A stretch of DNA of 64,000 nt, taken from positions 64,001 through 128,000 of the forward strand of contig CAVVNQ010000004.1 in assembly GCA_963749705.1 (NCBI GenBank), written 5' to 3'. Below the pieces are notes generated by a model. That model was not told the DNA's origin and ran no database searches. It worked only from the letters and a program-made list of their open reading frames with translations. Both the position numbers and the translations under genes were made by a program. Shown here in pieces: positions 19,231 to 28,323 of the stretch (positions are counted from its first letter, which is position 1; the number at the start of each line of letters is the position of its first letter). The DNA comes from an uncultured Chloroflexia bacterium (GTDB lineage Bacteria; Chloroflexota; Limnocylindria; Limnocylindrales; CSP1-4).

Positions 19231-20460
19231 ATGAGCGACGAGCAGCACGGCGACGACGCCGCGAGCAGCGACGACAACGGCACCGGCGGCGGGCTGGGCA
19301 CCATGAAGATCAACTTCGGGCCGGACGCGACGACGCCTCTGGCGGGCGCCGGCCAGAGCGGGGCGCCGCCGGCGGACACGCGCCCCGCGAGCCCCGCTGG
19401 CCCGGCTCCCGGGCTCAATCCGTTCGGTGCGATCTCGATCATCTCGGACGCGCCGTCCGATGCGATCCCGGTCCCGGGCGGCCCGGTGGACGAAGCCGAC
19501 GCGGCCCGGCGCAGCGAGTCGAAGGTGCTGATCATCGGCTCCGGGCCCGCCGGCCTGACCGCCGCGATCTACGCCGCCCGCGCGAACCTGGAGCCGCTCG
19601 TGATCGCGGGCTCGGCGCCCGGCGGTCAGCTGATGCTCACCAGCGAGGTCGAGAACTATCCGGGCTTCCCCGACGGCATCGACGGTCCCGACCTGATGGC
19701 GAAGTTCCGCGCCCAGGCCGAGCGGTTCGGCGCCCGGTTCGTGGACGTGGACATCGACCGCGCCGACTTCTCGGTCCGTCCGTTCCGGGTGTGGGCGCGC
19801 GGCGCCGAGTATCGCGGCGACAGCGTGATCATCGCGACCGGCGCGTCCGCGCTGTGGCTCAACCTCGAGAGCGAGCAGCGCCTGCGCGGTCGCGGCGTGT
19901 CCGCCTGCGCCACCTGCGACGGGTTCTTCTTCCGGGATCGCGAGATCGCCGTCGTCGGCGGCGGCGATTCGGCCATGGAGGAGGCGAACTACCTGACGCG
20001 GTTCGCGAGCAAGGTCCACCTCCTCCACCGGCGGGACGGGTTCCGGGCATCGAAGATCATGATCGACCGCACGTACGGTCACCCCAAGATCGAGGTCCAC
20101 ACCAACACCGAGGTCGCCGAGGTCCTGGGCGACGCCAAGGTCGAGGGGCTGCGGCTGCGCGACACCCGGACCGGCGATGAGCGCGAGCTCGCGATGGACG
20201 GCCTGTTCATCGCCATCGGCCACAAGCCCAACACCGACGTGTTCCGGGACTGGCTCGACGCCGACGAGAAGGGCTACCTCGTCGCGCACGACCACACCGA
20301 GAGCCAGATCGAAGGCGTGTTCATCGCCGGTGACGTCCGCGATCACCGCTACCGCCAGGCGGTCACCGCCGCGGGCGATGGCTGCAGGGCCGCGATCGAC
20401 GTCGAGAAGTGGCTCGAGGCCAAGGGGATCGCGGAGCCGACGCCCGCGACCGTCTGGTAG
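19231..20460 (+). CDS. trxB: Thioredoxin-disulfide reductase with a ~95-aa low-complexity N-terminal extension
   Basis: IIGSGPAGLTAAIYAARA, GGQLMLTSEVENYPGF, GVSACATCDGFFF, VVGGGDSAMEEA, FIAGDV.D..YRQAVTAAG.GC.AA. Confidence 0.96.
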   Translation: MSDEQHGDDAASSDDNGTGGGLGTMKINFGPDATTPLAGAGQSGAPPADTRPASPAGPAPGLNPFGAISIISDAPSDAIPVPGGPVDEADAARRSESKVLIIGSGPAGLTAAIYAARANLEPLVIAGSAPGGQLMLTSEVENYPGFPDGIDGPDLMAKFRAQAERFGARFVDVDIDRADFSVRPFRVWARGAEYRGDSVIIATGASALWLNLESEQRLRGRGVSACATCDGFFFRDREIAVVGGGDSAMEEANYLTRFASKVHLLHRRDGFRASKIMIDRTYGHPKIEVHTNTEVAEVLGDAKVEGLRLRDTRTGDERELAMDGLFIAIGHKPNTDVFRDWLDADEKGYLVAHDHTESQIEGVFIAGDVRDHRYRQAVTAAGDGCRAAIDVEKWLEAKGIAEPTPATVW

Positions 20461-20517
20461 CCCGGGCGCCACGGCGTCGCGGCGTCAGGGCGTCCCGGCG
20501 CAAGCCGCCGACGCGGC

Positions 20518-20644
20518 CCCCCAGCGCGTTCTCGTCCCCCAGCGCGTTCTCGTCCCCCAGCCCGTTCACGCCCCCAGCCCGTTCTCGCCCCCAGCCCGTT
20601 CTCGCCCCCAGCCCGTTCACGCCCCCAAGCACGTTCTCACCCCC
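20518..20644. repeat. Tandem minisatellite, 7 copies of a 17-18 bp unit plus a partial copy
   Basis: Unit CCCCCAGC(C/G)CGTTC(T/A)CG(T) starting at 20518, 20536, 20554, 20571, 20588, 20605, 20622; final C5 run at 20640. Confidence 0.93.
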
Positions 20645-20737
20645 GACTTCCTGACACATGCCCACGTCGCGGACGTAAGCCGGTGGCAACACCAGGCGGT
20701 CGCCGCCAGGGCGGACAATCGGCCGACGCCGGACCGT

Positions 20738-20849
20738 CTGGCGGACATCTGGCAGGCAGCTGGCGGCCACGGGCGGCTCCTGGTGCCCGGATCCGGCCAC
20801 GGGCGCGACGTGGGGCCGGCGAAGGGTCGCCTGGCGGACATCTGGCAGG
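20738..20849. repeat. Exact 19-bp direct repeat pair
   Basis: CTGGCGGACATCTGGCAGG at 20738-20756 and 20831-20849. Confidence 0.9.
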
Positions 20850-20966
20850 GGCGCGATCGGCAGGCGAGCGGTGGGTCTGGCGGGCGAGCGGTGGGCAGGC
20901 GCGCGGCCTGGCGATCGCCAACCGTTGCCGCCGCAACGATCGGGGTCGCGTGCTAGGGTCCCATCG

Positions 20967-23021
20967 ATGAGCTTTCGAGGCGGTGGGATGCGGTCGCTGG
21001 CGCGCGCCGGCGGATCCACCACGGGGGGCCGCCTGACGCCCCCGTCGGACGAGTTCGATCGGGTACCCCCCGAGCGGCGCGGCCGCACCGCGCGCCGGAT
21101 CACGACCTTCTTCGGGCCCTACCGTGGCCAGATCGTCGTCGTGCTCGTGGCAATTCTCGTCACGAGCCTGGTCGGGCTCGTCAATCCGTACCTGCTCAAG
21201 CTGCTGATCGATGACGTCATCGTCGGCCACCAGTTCGACAAGCTGAACCTCTACGTCGGGCTGATGATCGTGCTGCCGATCGTGTCCGGCCTGATCGGCG
21301 TCGGGCAGAGCTATCTCAACAATCTCATCGGCCAGAGCGTGATGCAGGATCTGCGGAACGCGCTCTACGCCCACCTGCAGCGGATGCCGCTCCGGTTCTT
21401 CACCGCCACCCGGACGGGCGAGATCCAGAGCCGCCTGGCCAACGACGTCGGCGGCGTCCAGCGGGTCGTGACCGACACGGCGAGCTCGGTGACCTCCAAC
21501 GTGGCCGTCGCCCTGAGCACGATGGTCGCGATGGTGCTCATCGACTGGCGCCTCACCCTGCTGTCGCTCGGGATGCTTCCGTTCTTTCTCGTGCTCACCG
21601 CGCGCGTGGGCCGGGTCCGACGACAGGTCAGCAGCGAGACCCAGAAGCGCCTGGCCGAGATGAGCGCCGTGACCGAGGAGACGCTGTCCGTGTCGGGCAT
21701 GCTGCTGGGCAAGACGTTCGGCGCGCAGGACCGATCCGTGGCGAGGTTCAGCGCGCTCAACCTCGAGCTGGCCCGGCTGCAGATCCGCCAGGCGATGGTC
21801 GGGCGCTGGTTCTTCATGATCATCGGCACGATCTTCTCGATCACGCCGGCGTTCGTGTACTGGCTGGCCGGGACGCTCGCGGCGAACGGCGACCCGAGCG
21901 CGCCGACCGCCGGCGACATCGTGGCGTTCACCACGCTCCAGAGCCGGCTGTTCTTCCCGATGGGCCAGCTGCTCAACGTCCAGGTCGAGATCCAGGGCTC
22001 GCTCGCGCTGTTCGACCGCATCTTCGAGTACCTGGACCTCGATCCCGAGATCGTGGACGCGCCGGACGCGATCGCGCTCGAGCCCGCCGACGTCCGCGGC
22101 GCCGTCGCGTTCCGCGATGTCAGCTTCCGCTATCCCAGCGAGCCGTCGTCGGCGGGCGAGGCGTCGCCGGGCGACGAGGCGGCGGCCGTGGACGGCGAGG
22201 CCAACCCGGCCGTGGCCGAGGCGGCGGCGCGCGAGCTCGTCCCGGTCGCCGGCGATGCGCAGCCCGGTGACGGGGCGGCGGCCGGGGGGACGGCGGCCGA
22301 GCCCGCCCAGCCGTTCGGCCTCGACGATGTCTCGTTCCAGGCGCGACCCGGGGAGCTGGTCGCGCTCGTCGGCCCGTCGGGGGCCGGCAAGACCACGACC
22401 ACCTACCTCATCCCGCGCCTGTACGACGTCGCTGCCGGAAGCGTCGAGATCGACGGCATCGATGTCCGGCAGATCCGGCTGGCGTCGCTCGGCCGGATCA
22501 TCGGCTTCGTGACCCAGGAGACGTACCTGTTCCACGCCTCGATCCGGGACAACCTGCTGTACGCGAAGCCCGATGCGACGCAGGAGGAGCTCGAGGCGGC
22601 GGTCGCGGCGGCGGCCATCGGTGACCGGATCGCGGAGCTGGCCGACGGGTTCGACACGATCGTCGGCGAGCGCGGCTACAAGCTCTCGGGTGGTGAGAAG
22701 CAGCGGATCGCGATCGCCCGGGTGCTGCTCAAGGATCCCCGGATCCTGATCCTCGACGAGGCGACGTCGTCGCTCGACACCGTGAGCGAGCGGCTGATCC
22801 AGGCCGCCCTGAGCCGGCTGACCGAGGGTCGTACCACGATCGCGATCGCGCACCGCCTGTCGACGATCCTGCGCGCCGATCGGATCCTGGTGTTCGACCA
22901 CGGGCGGATCGTCGAGCGCGGCACGCACCGCGAGCTGATCGCGAAGGGCGGCCTGTACTCGCGGCTGTACCACGAGCAGTTCGAGGCCGAGGCGGCGCAG
23001 CTGGCAATCCTCGGCGCCTGA
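20967..23021 (+). CDS. ABC exporter, fused permease/ATPase
   Basis: TM domain (RTGEIQSRLANDVGGVQ), Walker A GPSGAGKTT, signature LSGGEKQRIAIAR, Walker B ILDEATS, AHRLST. Confidence 0.94.
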   Translation: MSFRGGGMRSLARAGGSTTGGRLTPPSDEFDRVPPERRGRTARRITTFFGPYRGQIVVVLVAILVTSLVGLVNPYLLKLLIDDVIVGHQFDKLNLYVGLMIVLPIVSGLIGVGQSYLNNLIGQSVMQDLRNALYAHLQRMPLRFFTATRTGEIQSRLANDVGGVQRVVTDTASSVTSNVAVALSTMVAMVLIDWRLTLLSLGMLPFFLVLTARVGRVRRQVSSETQKRLAEMSAVTEETLSVSGMLLGKTFGAQDRSVARFSALNLELARLQIRQAMVGRWFFMIIGTIFSITPAFVYWLAGTLAANGDPSAPTAGDIVAFTTLQSRLFFPMGQLLNVQVEIQGSLALFDRIFEYLDLDPEIVDAPDAIALEPADVRGAVAFRDVSFRYPSEPSSAGEASPGDEAAAVDGEANPAVAEAAARELVPVAGDAQPGDGAAAGGTAAEPAQPFGLDDVSFQARPGELVALVGPSGAGKTTTTYLIPRLYDVAAGSVEIDGIDVRQIRLASLGRIIGFVTQETYLFHASIRDNLLYAKPDATQEELEAAVAAAAIGDRIAELADGFDTIVGERGYKLSGGEKQRIAIARVLLKDPRILILDEATSSLDTVSERLIQAALSRLTEGRTTIAIAHRLSTILRADRILVFDHGRIVERGTHRELIAKGGLYSRLYHEQFEAEAAQLAILGA

Positions 23022-23055
23022 TCGACGACCGGCCGCCGACCGTCGGCCAACTCCA

Positions 23056-23094
23056 ATTGCATGACTATGCAATGCTCCTGTATACTCATGCTGT
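23056..23094 (+). promoter_or_regulatory. arg operon promoter with two tandem ARG boxes
   Basis: TTGCATGACTATGCAA (23057-23072) and CTGTATACTCATGCTG (23078-23093) at a 21-bp period, overlapping -35 TTGCAT and -10 TATACT (23081-23086). argR is in the operon. Confidence 0.85.
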
Positions 23095-23161
23095 GACGAC
23101 CCTCCGCCCGATCTCCAGCCCCTCGAGCCTGCGGCCGGCGAGCCGCTGCGCGCGCCGGTGA
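23093..23161 (+). CDS. Candidate leaderless Arg-rich leader peptide (22 aa)
   Basis: GTG 6 nt after TATACT; MTTLRPISSPSSLRPASRCARR; its TGA overlaps the argC GTG. Confidence 0.45.
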   Translation: MTTLRPISSPSSLRPASRCARR

Positions 23162-24333
23162 GCGCGGACTCGACGGGCGCGGCGATCGAGGCGGGCCGTC
23201 ATTCCGAGGCCTCCCCTGCCCCGGACGCGGTGCCCGGCGCAGCGCCGACGGCGGTCGCGCGCGGCACGCGTGCGCTGGGCGGCGATCCGCTCCGCGTCGC
23301 GATCGTGGGTGCGACGGGATACGTCGGCGCGGAGCTGATCCGCCTGCTCGCGCTGCACCCGCACGCCCGGATCGTGGGACTCGTCGGGCGTGAGCGGAAG
23401 GGCGACCCCGTCGCGGGCATCCACCCCCATCTCGCGACGCAGGACCTGCGCGTGTTCGACACCGTGCCCGACGACGCCGAGGCGGTGTTCACCGCCCTGC
23501 CCCACGGCGCGGTGGCCGCACGCATCGACGAGCTCCTCGGACGCGAGCGGAGCGTGATCGACCTGGGCCCGGACTTCCGCCTCCGGGACCCCGCCGACTA
23601 CCCGACCTGGTATCACCTCGAGCACCCCCGCCCCGACCTCCTCTCGGGCGCCGTCTACGGCCTGCCGGAGCTGCACCGCGCGGAGCTCGCCGCGTTGGGG
23701 ACGACGCCCGGCGCGATCGTCGGTGCACCCGGCTGCTATGCGACGACCTCGATCCTCGCACTCGCGCCGCTCGCCCGGGCGGGGCTGATCGGCGACCTCG
23801 TCGTGGACGCCAAGAGCGGCGTGTCCGGGGCCGGCCGGGACCCGAAGGCCGACCTCCACTTCGGCGAGGTCAACGAGAGCGTCAGGGCATACGGCGTGTT
23901 CACGCATCGCCACATCGGCGAGATCGAGCAGGAGCTGGGCGCGCTGGGGCAGGACACCACCTCGAACCCCGGCGTCCGCGGCATCGACTTCCTGCCTCAC
24001 CTGATCCCGATGACCCGGGGGATCCTCTCCGCCTGCCACGTCCGGCCGACCCGCGCCGTGACGCAGGCCGAGCTCGACCAGCTGTATGCGGCCGCCTACG
24101 CCGGCGAGCCGTTCATCACCGTGACCGACACGCCGCCCGCGACCAAGCACGTCCTGGGCAGCAACGAGCTCCGCGTGTGGTGCCGGCTGGACGAGCGCAA
24201 CGGGCGGATCCTCGCGATCGCCGTCCTCGACAACCTGGTGAAGGGAGCGGCCGGCCAGGCGATCCAGGCGTTCAACATCGTCCACGGCCTGCCCGAGACG
24301 GCCGGCCTCCTCCAGCTTCCCCTCGCGCCCTGA
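23158..24333 (+). CDS. argC: N-acetyl-gamma-glutamyl-phosphate reductase
   Basis: VAIVGATGYVGAEL, ALPHG, DLGPDFRL, VYGLPEL, PGCYAT, DAKSGVSGAGR, HRHIGEI, DNLVKGAAGQAIQ. Confidence 0.96.
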   Translation: MSADSTGAAIEAGRHSEASPAPDAVPGAAPTAVARGTRALGGDPLRVAIVGATGYVGAELIRLLALHPHARIVGLVGRERKGDPVAGIHPHLATQDLRVFDTVPDDAEAVFTALPHGAVAARIDELLGRERSVIDLGPDFRLRDPADYPTWYHLEHPRPDLLSGAVYGLPELHRAELAALGTTPGAIVGAPGCYATTSILALAPLARAGLIGDLVVDAKSGVSGAGRDPKADLHFGEVNESVRAYGVFTHRHIGEIEQELGALGQDTTSNPGVRGIDFLPHLIPMTRGILSACHVRPTRAVTQAELDQLYAAAYAGEPFITVTDTPPATKHVLGSNELRVWCRLDERNGRILAIAVLDNLVKGAAGQAIQAFNIVHGLPETAGLLQLPLAP

Positions 24334-24364
24334 CGGCGCCCTTAAACGCTCCGAGGTTCCCTTG

Positions 24365-25744
24365 ATGTCCATCGCGACCGACCCGCTGCTCGCGCCGCTC
24401 CCCGCGGACCGTCCGCCGGTCGACCGCGCCGCGCGCATCCCCGCCGGGTTCGTCGCCGCCGGGACCCGCGCGGGCATCAAGTTCTCCGGACGCCACGACT
24501 TCGCGCTGATCGTCGCGGAGGATGGCGCTGTGCCGGCGGCCGCGGTGTTCACCCCCAACCGGGTCGCCGCGGCGCCGGTCCGCCTGTCGCGGGCGAACCT
24601 GCGGGCGACCGGCGGCACGGATGCCGCTGCCGGCCTCGCGCGCGCGGTGATCGGGACCTCGGGCAGCGCGAACTGCGCCACCGGGCCCGACGGCGACGCC
24701 GACCAGGTCGCGATCGGCGAGGCGGTCGCCGCGGCCCTGGGTTCGCCGACCACGGAGATCCTCCACGTCTCGACCGGGATCATCGGGATCCGGCTGCCCG
24801 TCGACCGGGTGACCGCGGAGATCGCGCGGGTGACCGGCGGAGGGCTGGCCGCGACCGATGACGCGCTCACGAATGCGGCGCTGGCGCTGCGAACCACCGA
24901 CACGACGACCAAGACGGCGTCGACGACCGTGCTGCTGCCGGGTACGGGGGGCGCGGCGGCCGTCAGCGTCACCGTCACCGGGATCGCCAAGGGTGTCGGG
25001 ATGATCCACCCGCGCATGGCGACGATGCTGTCGGTGGTCCTGACCGACGCGCCCGCGGACCCCGCGACGCTGCACGCGCTGCTCCGGGGCGCCGCAGCGA
25101 CGACCTGGGACCAGCTGTCCGTCGACGGCGACACGAGCACCAACGACACGGTGTTCGTGCTGGCATCCGGACGCGCCGCCGCGGTCCCCGCCGGCGATGA
25201 CGATGGCGCCCGGCGCGCGCTCGCGGCCGGGATCGAGGCCGTCGCACGGGACCTGGCCCGACAGCAGGCGGCGGACGGCGAGGGCGCCACGGCGCTGATC
25301 ACCTGCCAGGTCTCGGGCGCCGCCGACGATGCCGACGCGCGGGCGGTTGCGCGAGCGGTGATCTCGTCGTCGCTGGTCAAGGCCGCGGTCCATGGCCGCG
25401 ACCCCAACTGGGGCCGTCTCGCGGGCGCCGCCGGCAACGCGACGCTGGCCGATGCGGCGATCCTCGAGGCGTCGGGCATGCCCCGCGCGGACGCGGCCGC
25501 CCGGGCAGGATCCCCCGCCGCCGTCGATCCCGCCCGGTTGCGGATCGCGATCGCCGGCCACCTCGTGTACGACGGCCCGCGCGGCGGCCCCGTCCCGATC
25601 GACAAGGTCGCGGCGCGTGAGGCGATGGGCGGCGACGAGGTCCTGCTCCGGCTCGATCTGGGGCTGGGCGGCGGCACCGGCGAGGCCTTTGGATGTGACC
25701 TGACCGAAGCGTACGTGCGCGAGAACTCGGAGTACACGACATGA
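24365..25744 (+). CDS. argJ: Ornithine/amino-acid acetyltransferase
   Basis: AAAVFTPN...AAPV, STGIIG, TTDT, AKGVGMIHPRMATML (autoprocessing Thr), VDGDTSTNDTV, DGEGAT, DPNWGR, GCDLT..YV.ENSEYTT. Confidence 0.95.
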   Translation: MSIATDPLLAPLPADRPPVDRAARIPAGFVAAGTRAGIKFSGRHDFALIVAEDGAVPAAAVFTPNRVAAAPVRLSRANLRATGGTDAAAGLARAVIGTSGSANCATGPDGDADQVAIGEAVAAALGSPTTEILHVSTGIIGIRLPVDRVTAEIARVTGGGLAATDDALTNAALALRTTDTTTKTASTTVLLPGTGGAAAVSVTVTGIAKGVGMIHPRMATMLSVVLTDAPADPATLHALLRGAAATTWDQLSVDGDTSTNDTVFVLASGRAAAVPAGDDDGARRALAAGIEAVARDLARQQAADGEGATALITCQVSGAADDADARAVARAVISSSLVKAAVHGRDPNWGRLAGAAGNATLADAAILEASGMPRADAAARAGSPAAVDPARLRIAIAGHLVYDGPRGGPVPIDKVAAREAMGGDEVLLRLDLGLGGGTGEAFGCDLTEAYVRENSEYTT

Positions 25745-26523
25745 GCGAGATCGTCGTCGTCAAGCTCGGCGGGACGACCCTCAGCGAGCAGCGCCAGGTG
25801 CTGGCCGAGGTGGCCACGATCGCGCGCAAGCGGCCGGTCGTGCTGGTGCACGGCGGTGGCAAGCGCATGACCGAGTGGCTGGAGCGGCTGGGCGTGCCGT
25901 CGCGGTTCGAGGGCGGGCTGCGGGTCACCGATCCCGCCGCCCTCGAGGTCGCCGCGGCGGTCCTCCGCGGGGTCGTCAACAGCGAGCTGGTGGCCGCGCT
26001 CCACGACGTGGGCTGCGATGCCGTGGGGCTGTCCGGCGTGGACGGCGGGCTGCTCATCGGGCAGCGGGTGCCCGAGATCGGCCTGGTCGCGACCGTCGTC
26101 GGCGTGCGCCGCGACCTGCTCGACTCGCTGCTCGTCGCCGGCCAGGTGCCGGTCGTCGCGCCGCTTGCGCGCGACGAGGAGGGCATCGTGTGCAACGTCA
26201 ACGCGGACGATGCAGCCGCGGGCATCGCCGCCGGGCTCGGCGCTCGCCAGCTGGTCCTGATGACGGACGTCGATGGCGTGCGCAACGCCGCCGGCGAGCG
26301 ACTCACCTCGATCTCGATCGAGGAGGCCGAGGCGCTGATCGCCGATGGAACGATCAGCGGCGGCATGGTGCCCAAGGTCAAGGCCGCGCTGGCGGCGCTG
26401 ACCTGGGAGGGTGCCGAGGCGGTCATCGTGGATGCCGCCGCACCCGCTGCGCTCGCCCGCGCCCTGACCGATCCGACCTTCGGCACCCGCGTGTCGGCGC
26501 ACGCCCACGCCGGCGCGGCCTGA
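25741..26523 (+). CDS. argB: Acetylglutamate kinase
   Basis: VVKLGG, VHGGG, GLRVTD, NVNADDAA, MTDVDGV, GTISGGMVPKV. Confidence 0.94.
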   Translation: MSEIVVVKLGGTTLSEQRQVLAEVATIARKRPVVLVHGGGKRMTEWLERLGVPSRFEGGLRVTDPAALEVAAAVLRGVVNSELVAALHDVGCDAVGLSGVDGGLLIGQRVPEIGLVATVVGVRRDLLDSLLVAGQVPVVAPLARDEEGIVCNVNADDAAAGIAAGLGARQLVLMTDVDGVRNAAGERLTSISIEEAEALIADGTISGGMVPKVKAALAALTWEGAEAVIVDAAAPAALARALTDPTFGTRVSAHAHAGAA

Positions 26524-26527
26524 GCCG

Positions 26528-27031
26528 ATGCTCGCCAAGCGGGATCGCCACGCCGCCATCCGCCGCCTCGTGGCGAGCCGTCCCATCGGCAGCCAGGGCG
26601 AGCTCGTCGCCGCGCTCTCCGCGCTCGGGTTCGAGGTCACCCAGGCGACGGTCAGCCGCGACATCGCGGAGCTCGGCCTGGCCAAGGTCATGCGCGGCGA
26701 CCACGCCGCCTACGTCAACCCCGAGGATCTCGCGCCCGCGCAGCGTCCGCCGTCCGACGAGCGGCTGCGCCGGATCCTGGGCGACATCCCGGTCACCGTC
26801 GGGCGCAGCGGCCTGATCCTCGTCCTCACGGGCCAGCCCGGCACCGCCAACGTCATTGCCCAGGCGATCGACGAATCCACCCTCGCCGAGCAGGTCGGTA
26901 CCGTCGCCGGGGACAACACGCTCATCGTCCTGTTCCCCGACGAGCCCGCCCTGGAGCGCTGGCTCGATCGGTTCCAAGCGATCCAGGCGCCGGTGGAGCC
27001 GGCGATCCCCACGGAGGCCATGTCCCGATGA
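26528..27031 (+). CDS. argR: Arginine repressor
   Basis: SQGELV..L...GFEVTQATVSRDIAEL; C-terminal PGTA...GTVAGDNTL. Confidence 0.95.
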   Translation: MLAKRDRHAAIRRLVASRPIGSQGELVAALSALGFEVTQATVSRDIAELGLAKVMRGDHAAYVNPEDLAPAQRPPSDERLRRILGDIPVTVGRSGLILVLTGQPGTANVIAQAIDESTLAEQVGTVAGDNTLIVLFPDEPALERWLDRFQAIQAPVEPAIPTEAMSR

Positions 27032-28323
27032 ACAAGGTCGTGCTTGCCTATTCCGGAGGCCTCGATACCTCCGTCGCCGTCGCCTGGCTCAAGGAACAGT
27101 ACGGCGTCGAGGTGATCACCCTGACCGTCGACCTCGGTGGAGGCTCGATGCGCGAAGGGGTAGAGCGGCGCGCGATCAAGGCCGGCGCGTCGAAGGCGTA
27201 CGTCGTCGACGCCCGCGAGACGTTCATCCAGCAGTACGCGTGGCGCGCGCTCCAGTCCGGGGCCGTCTACCAGGGCGCCTATCCCCTGGCGACCGCGCTC
27301 GCACGACCCCTGCTCGCGCAGCTCCTGGTCGAGGTTGCCCAGAAAGAGGGTGCCGACGCCGTCGCCCACGGGTGCACCGGCAAGGGCAACGACCAGGTTC
27401 GCTTCGACATCGCGGTCCACGCGCTCGACCCCGGGCTCGAGGTGATCGCGCCGATGCGGGTGGGCATGGGCCTGTCGCGCGACCAGGAGATCGACTACGC
27501 GATCGAGCGCGGCATCGAGATCCCGATCACCAAGGCGTCTCCGTACTCGATCGACGTCAACCTGTGGGGGCGCTCGTGCGAGACGGGCGTGCTCGAGGAC
27601 CCGTGGGTGACCCCGCCGCCCGATGCGTACGAGTGGACCGTCGCGCCGGGCGATGCGCCCGACCCGGTCGATCTCGTGATCGGGTTCGAGGGCGGAATCC
27701 CGGTGTCGATCGACGGCCAGCCAATGGGCTCGGTGGAGCTGGTCCAGCGGCTCCACGACGTCGGCGGCGCCCATGGCGTGGGCCGGATCGATCACGTCGA
27801 GGATCGCCTGGTGGGGATCAAGAGCCGCGAGATCTACGAGGCCCCGGCGGCCGTGATCCTGCACACGGCCCATCACGCGCTCGAAGGGCTCGTGCTGTCC
27901 AAGGAGCAGCTGCGGTTCAACCGCCTCGTCGCCGACGAGCTGTCGCAGATCATCTACGACGGGCTGTGGTTCAGCGCCCTGTCGCGCGACCTCCGGACCT
28001 ACGCGCTGTCCTCGCAACGGGTGGTCTCGGGTGACGTGCGGATGCGGCTGGACCACGGGCGGGCGATCGTCGTCGGCCGGCGCTCCCCGCTCAGCCTGTA
28101 CGACAAGAACCTCGCCACCTACGACGAGGGCGACGCCTTCGACCACGCGTCCGCGGTCGGGTTCATCGAGATCTTCGGGCTGCCGCTGCGGGTCGAGGCC
28201 GCGCGCCACGGCGCCGTGGGCAAGCACCACGGCGCGGCGTGGACGTGGACCGAGCCGTTGCTCGAGGGCCTGCCGACCAGCGTCACGGGCGACGCCGTGG
28301 CCGGCGAGACCGGCGGCCGCTGA
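27028..28323 (+). CDS. argG: Argininosuccinate synthase
   Basis: VVLAYSGGLDTS, YPLATALARP, HGCTGKGNDQVRF, YSIDVNLWGRS.E.G.LEDP, GIKSREIYEAP. Confidence 0.97.
   Translation: MNKVVLAYSGGLDTSVAVAWLKEQYGVEVITLTVDLGGGSMREGVERRAIKAGASKAYVVDARETFIQQYAWRALQSGAVYQGAYPLATALARPLLAQLLVEVAQKEGADAVAHGCTGKGNDQVRFDIAVHALDPGLEVIAPMRVGMGLSRDQEIDYAIERGIEIPITKASPYSIDVNLWGRSCETGVLEDPWVTPPPDAYEWTVAPGDAPDPVDLVIGFEGGIPVSIDGQPMGSVELVQRLHDVGGAHGVGRIDHVEDRLVGIKSREIYEAPAAVILHTAHHALEGLVLSKEQLRFNRLVADELSQIIYDGLWFSALSRDLRTYALSSQRVVSGDVRMRLDHGRAIVVGRRSPLSLYDKNLATYDEGDAFDHASAVGFIEIFGLPLRVEAARHGAVGKHHGAAWTWTEPLLEGLPTSVTGDAVAGETGGR

Noticed and set aside
20518-20849. Possible CRISPR array
   Set aside because: The tandem units have no spacers, the 19-mer occurs only twice with a 74-nt gap, and no cas genes are present.
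23088-23096. Minimal ATG-CTG-TGA ORF at the arg promoter
   Set aside because: The ATG lies only 1 nt after the -10 box, upstream of the expected transcription start, and is part of the second ARG box.
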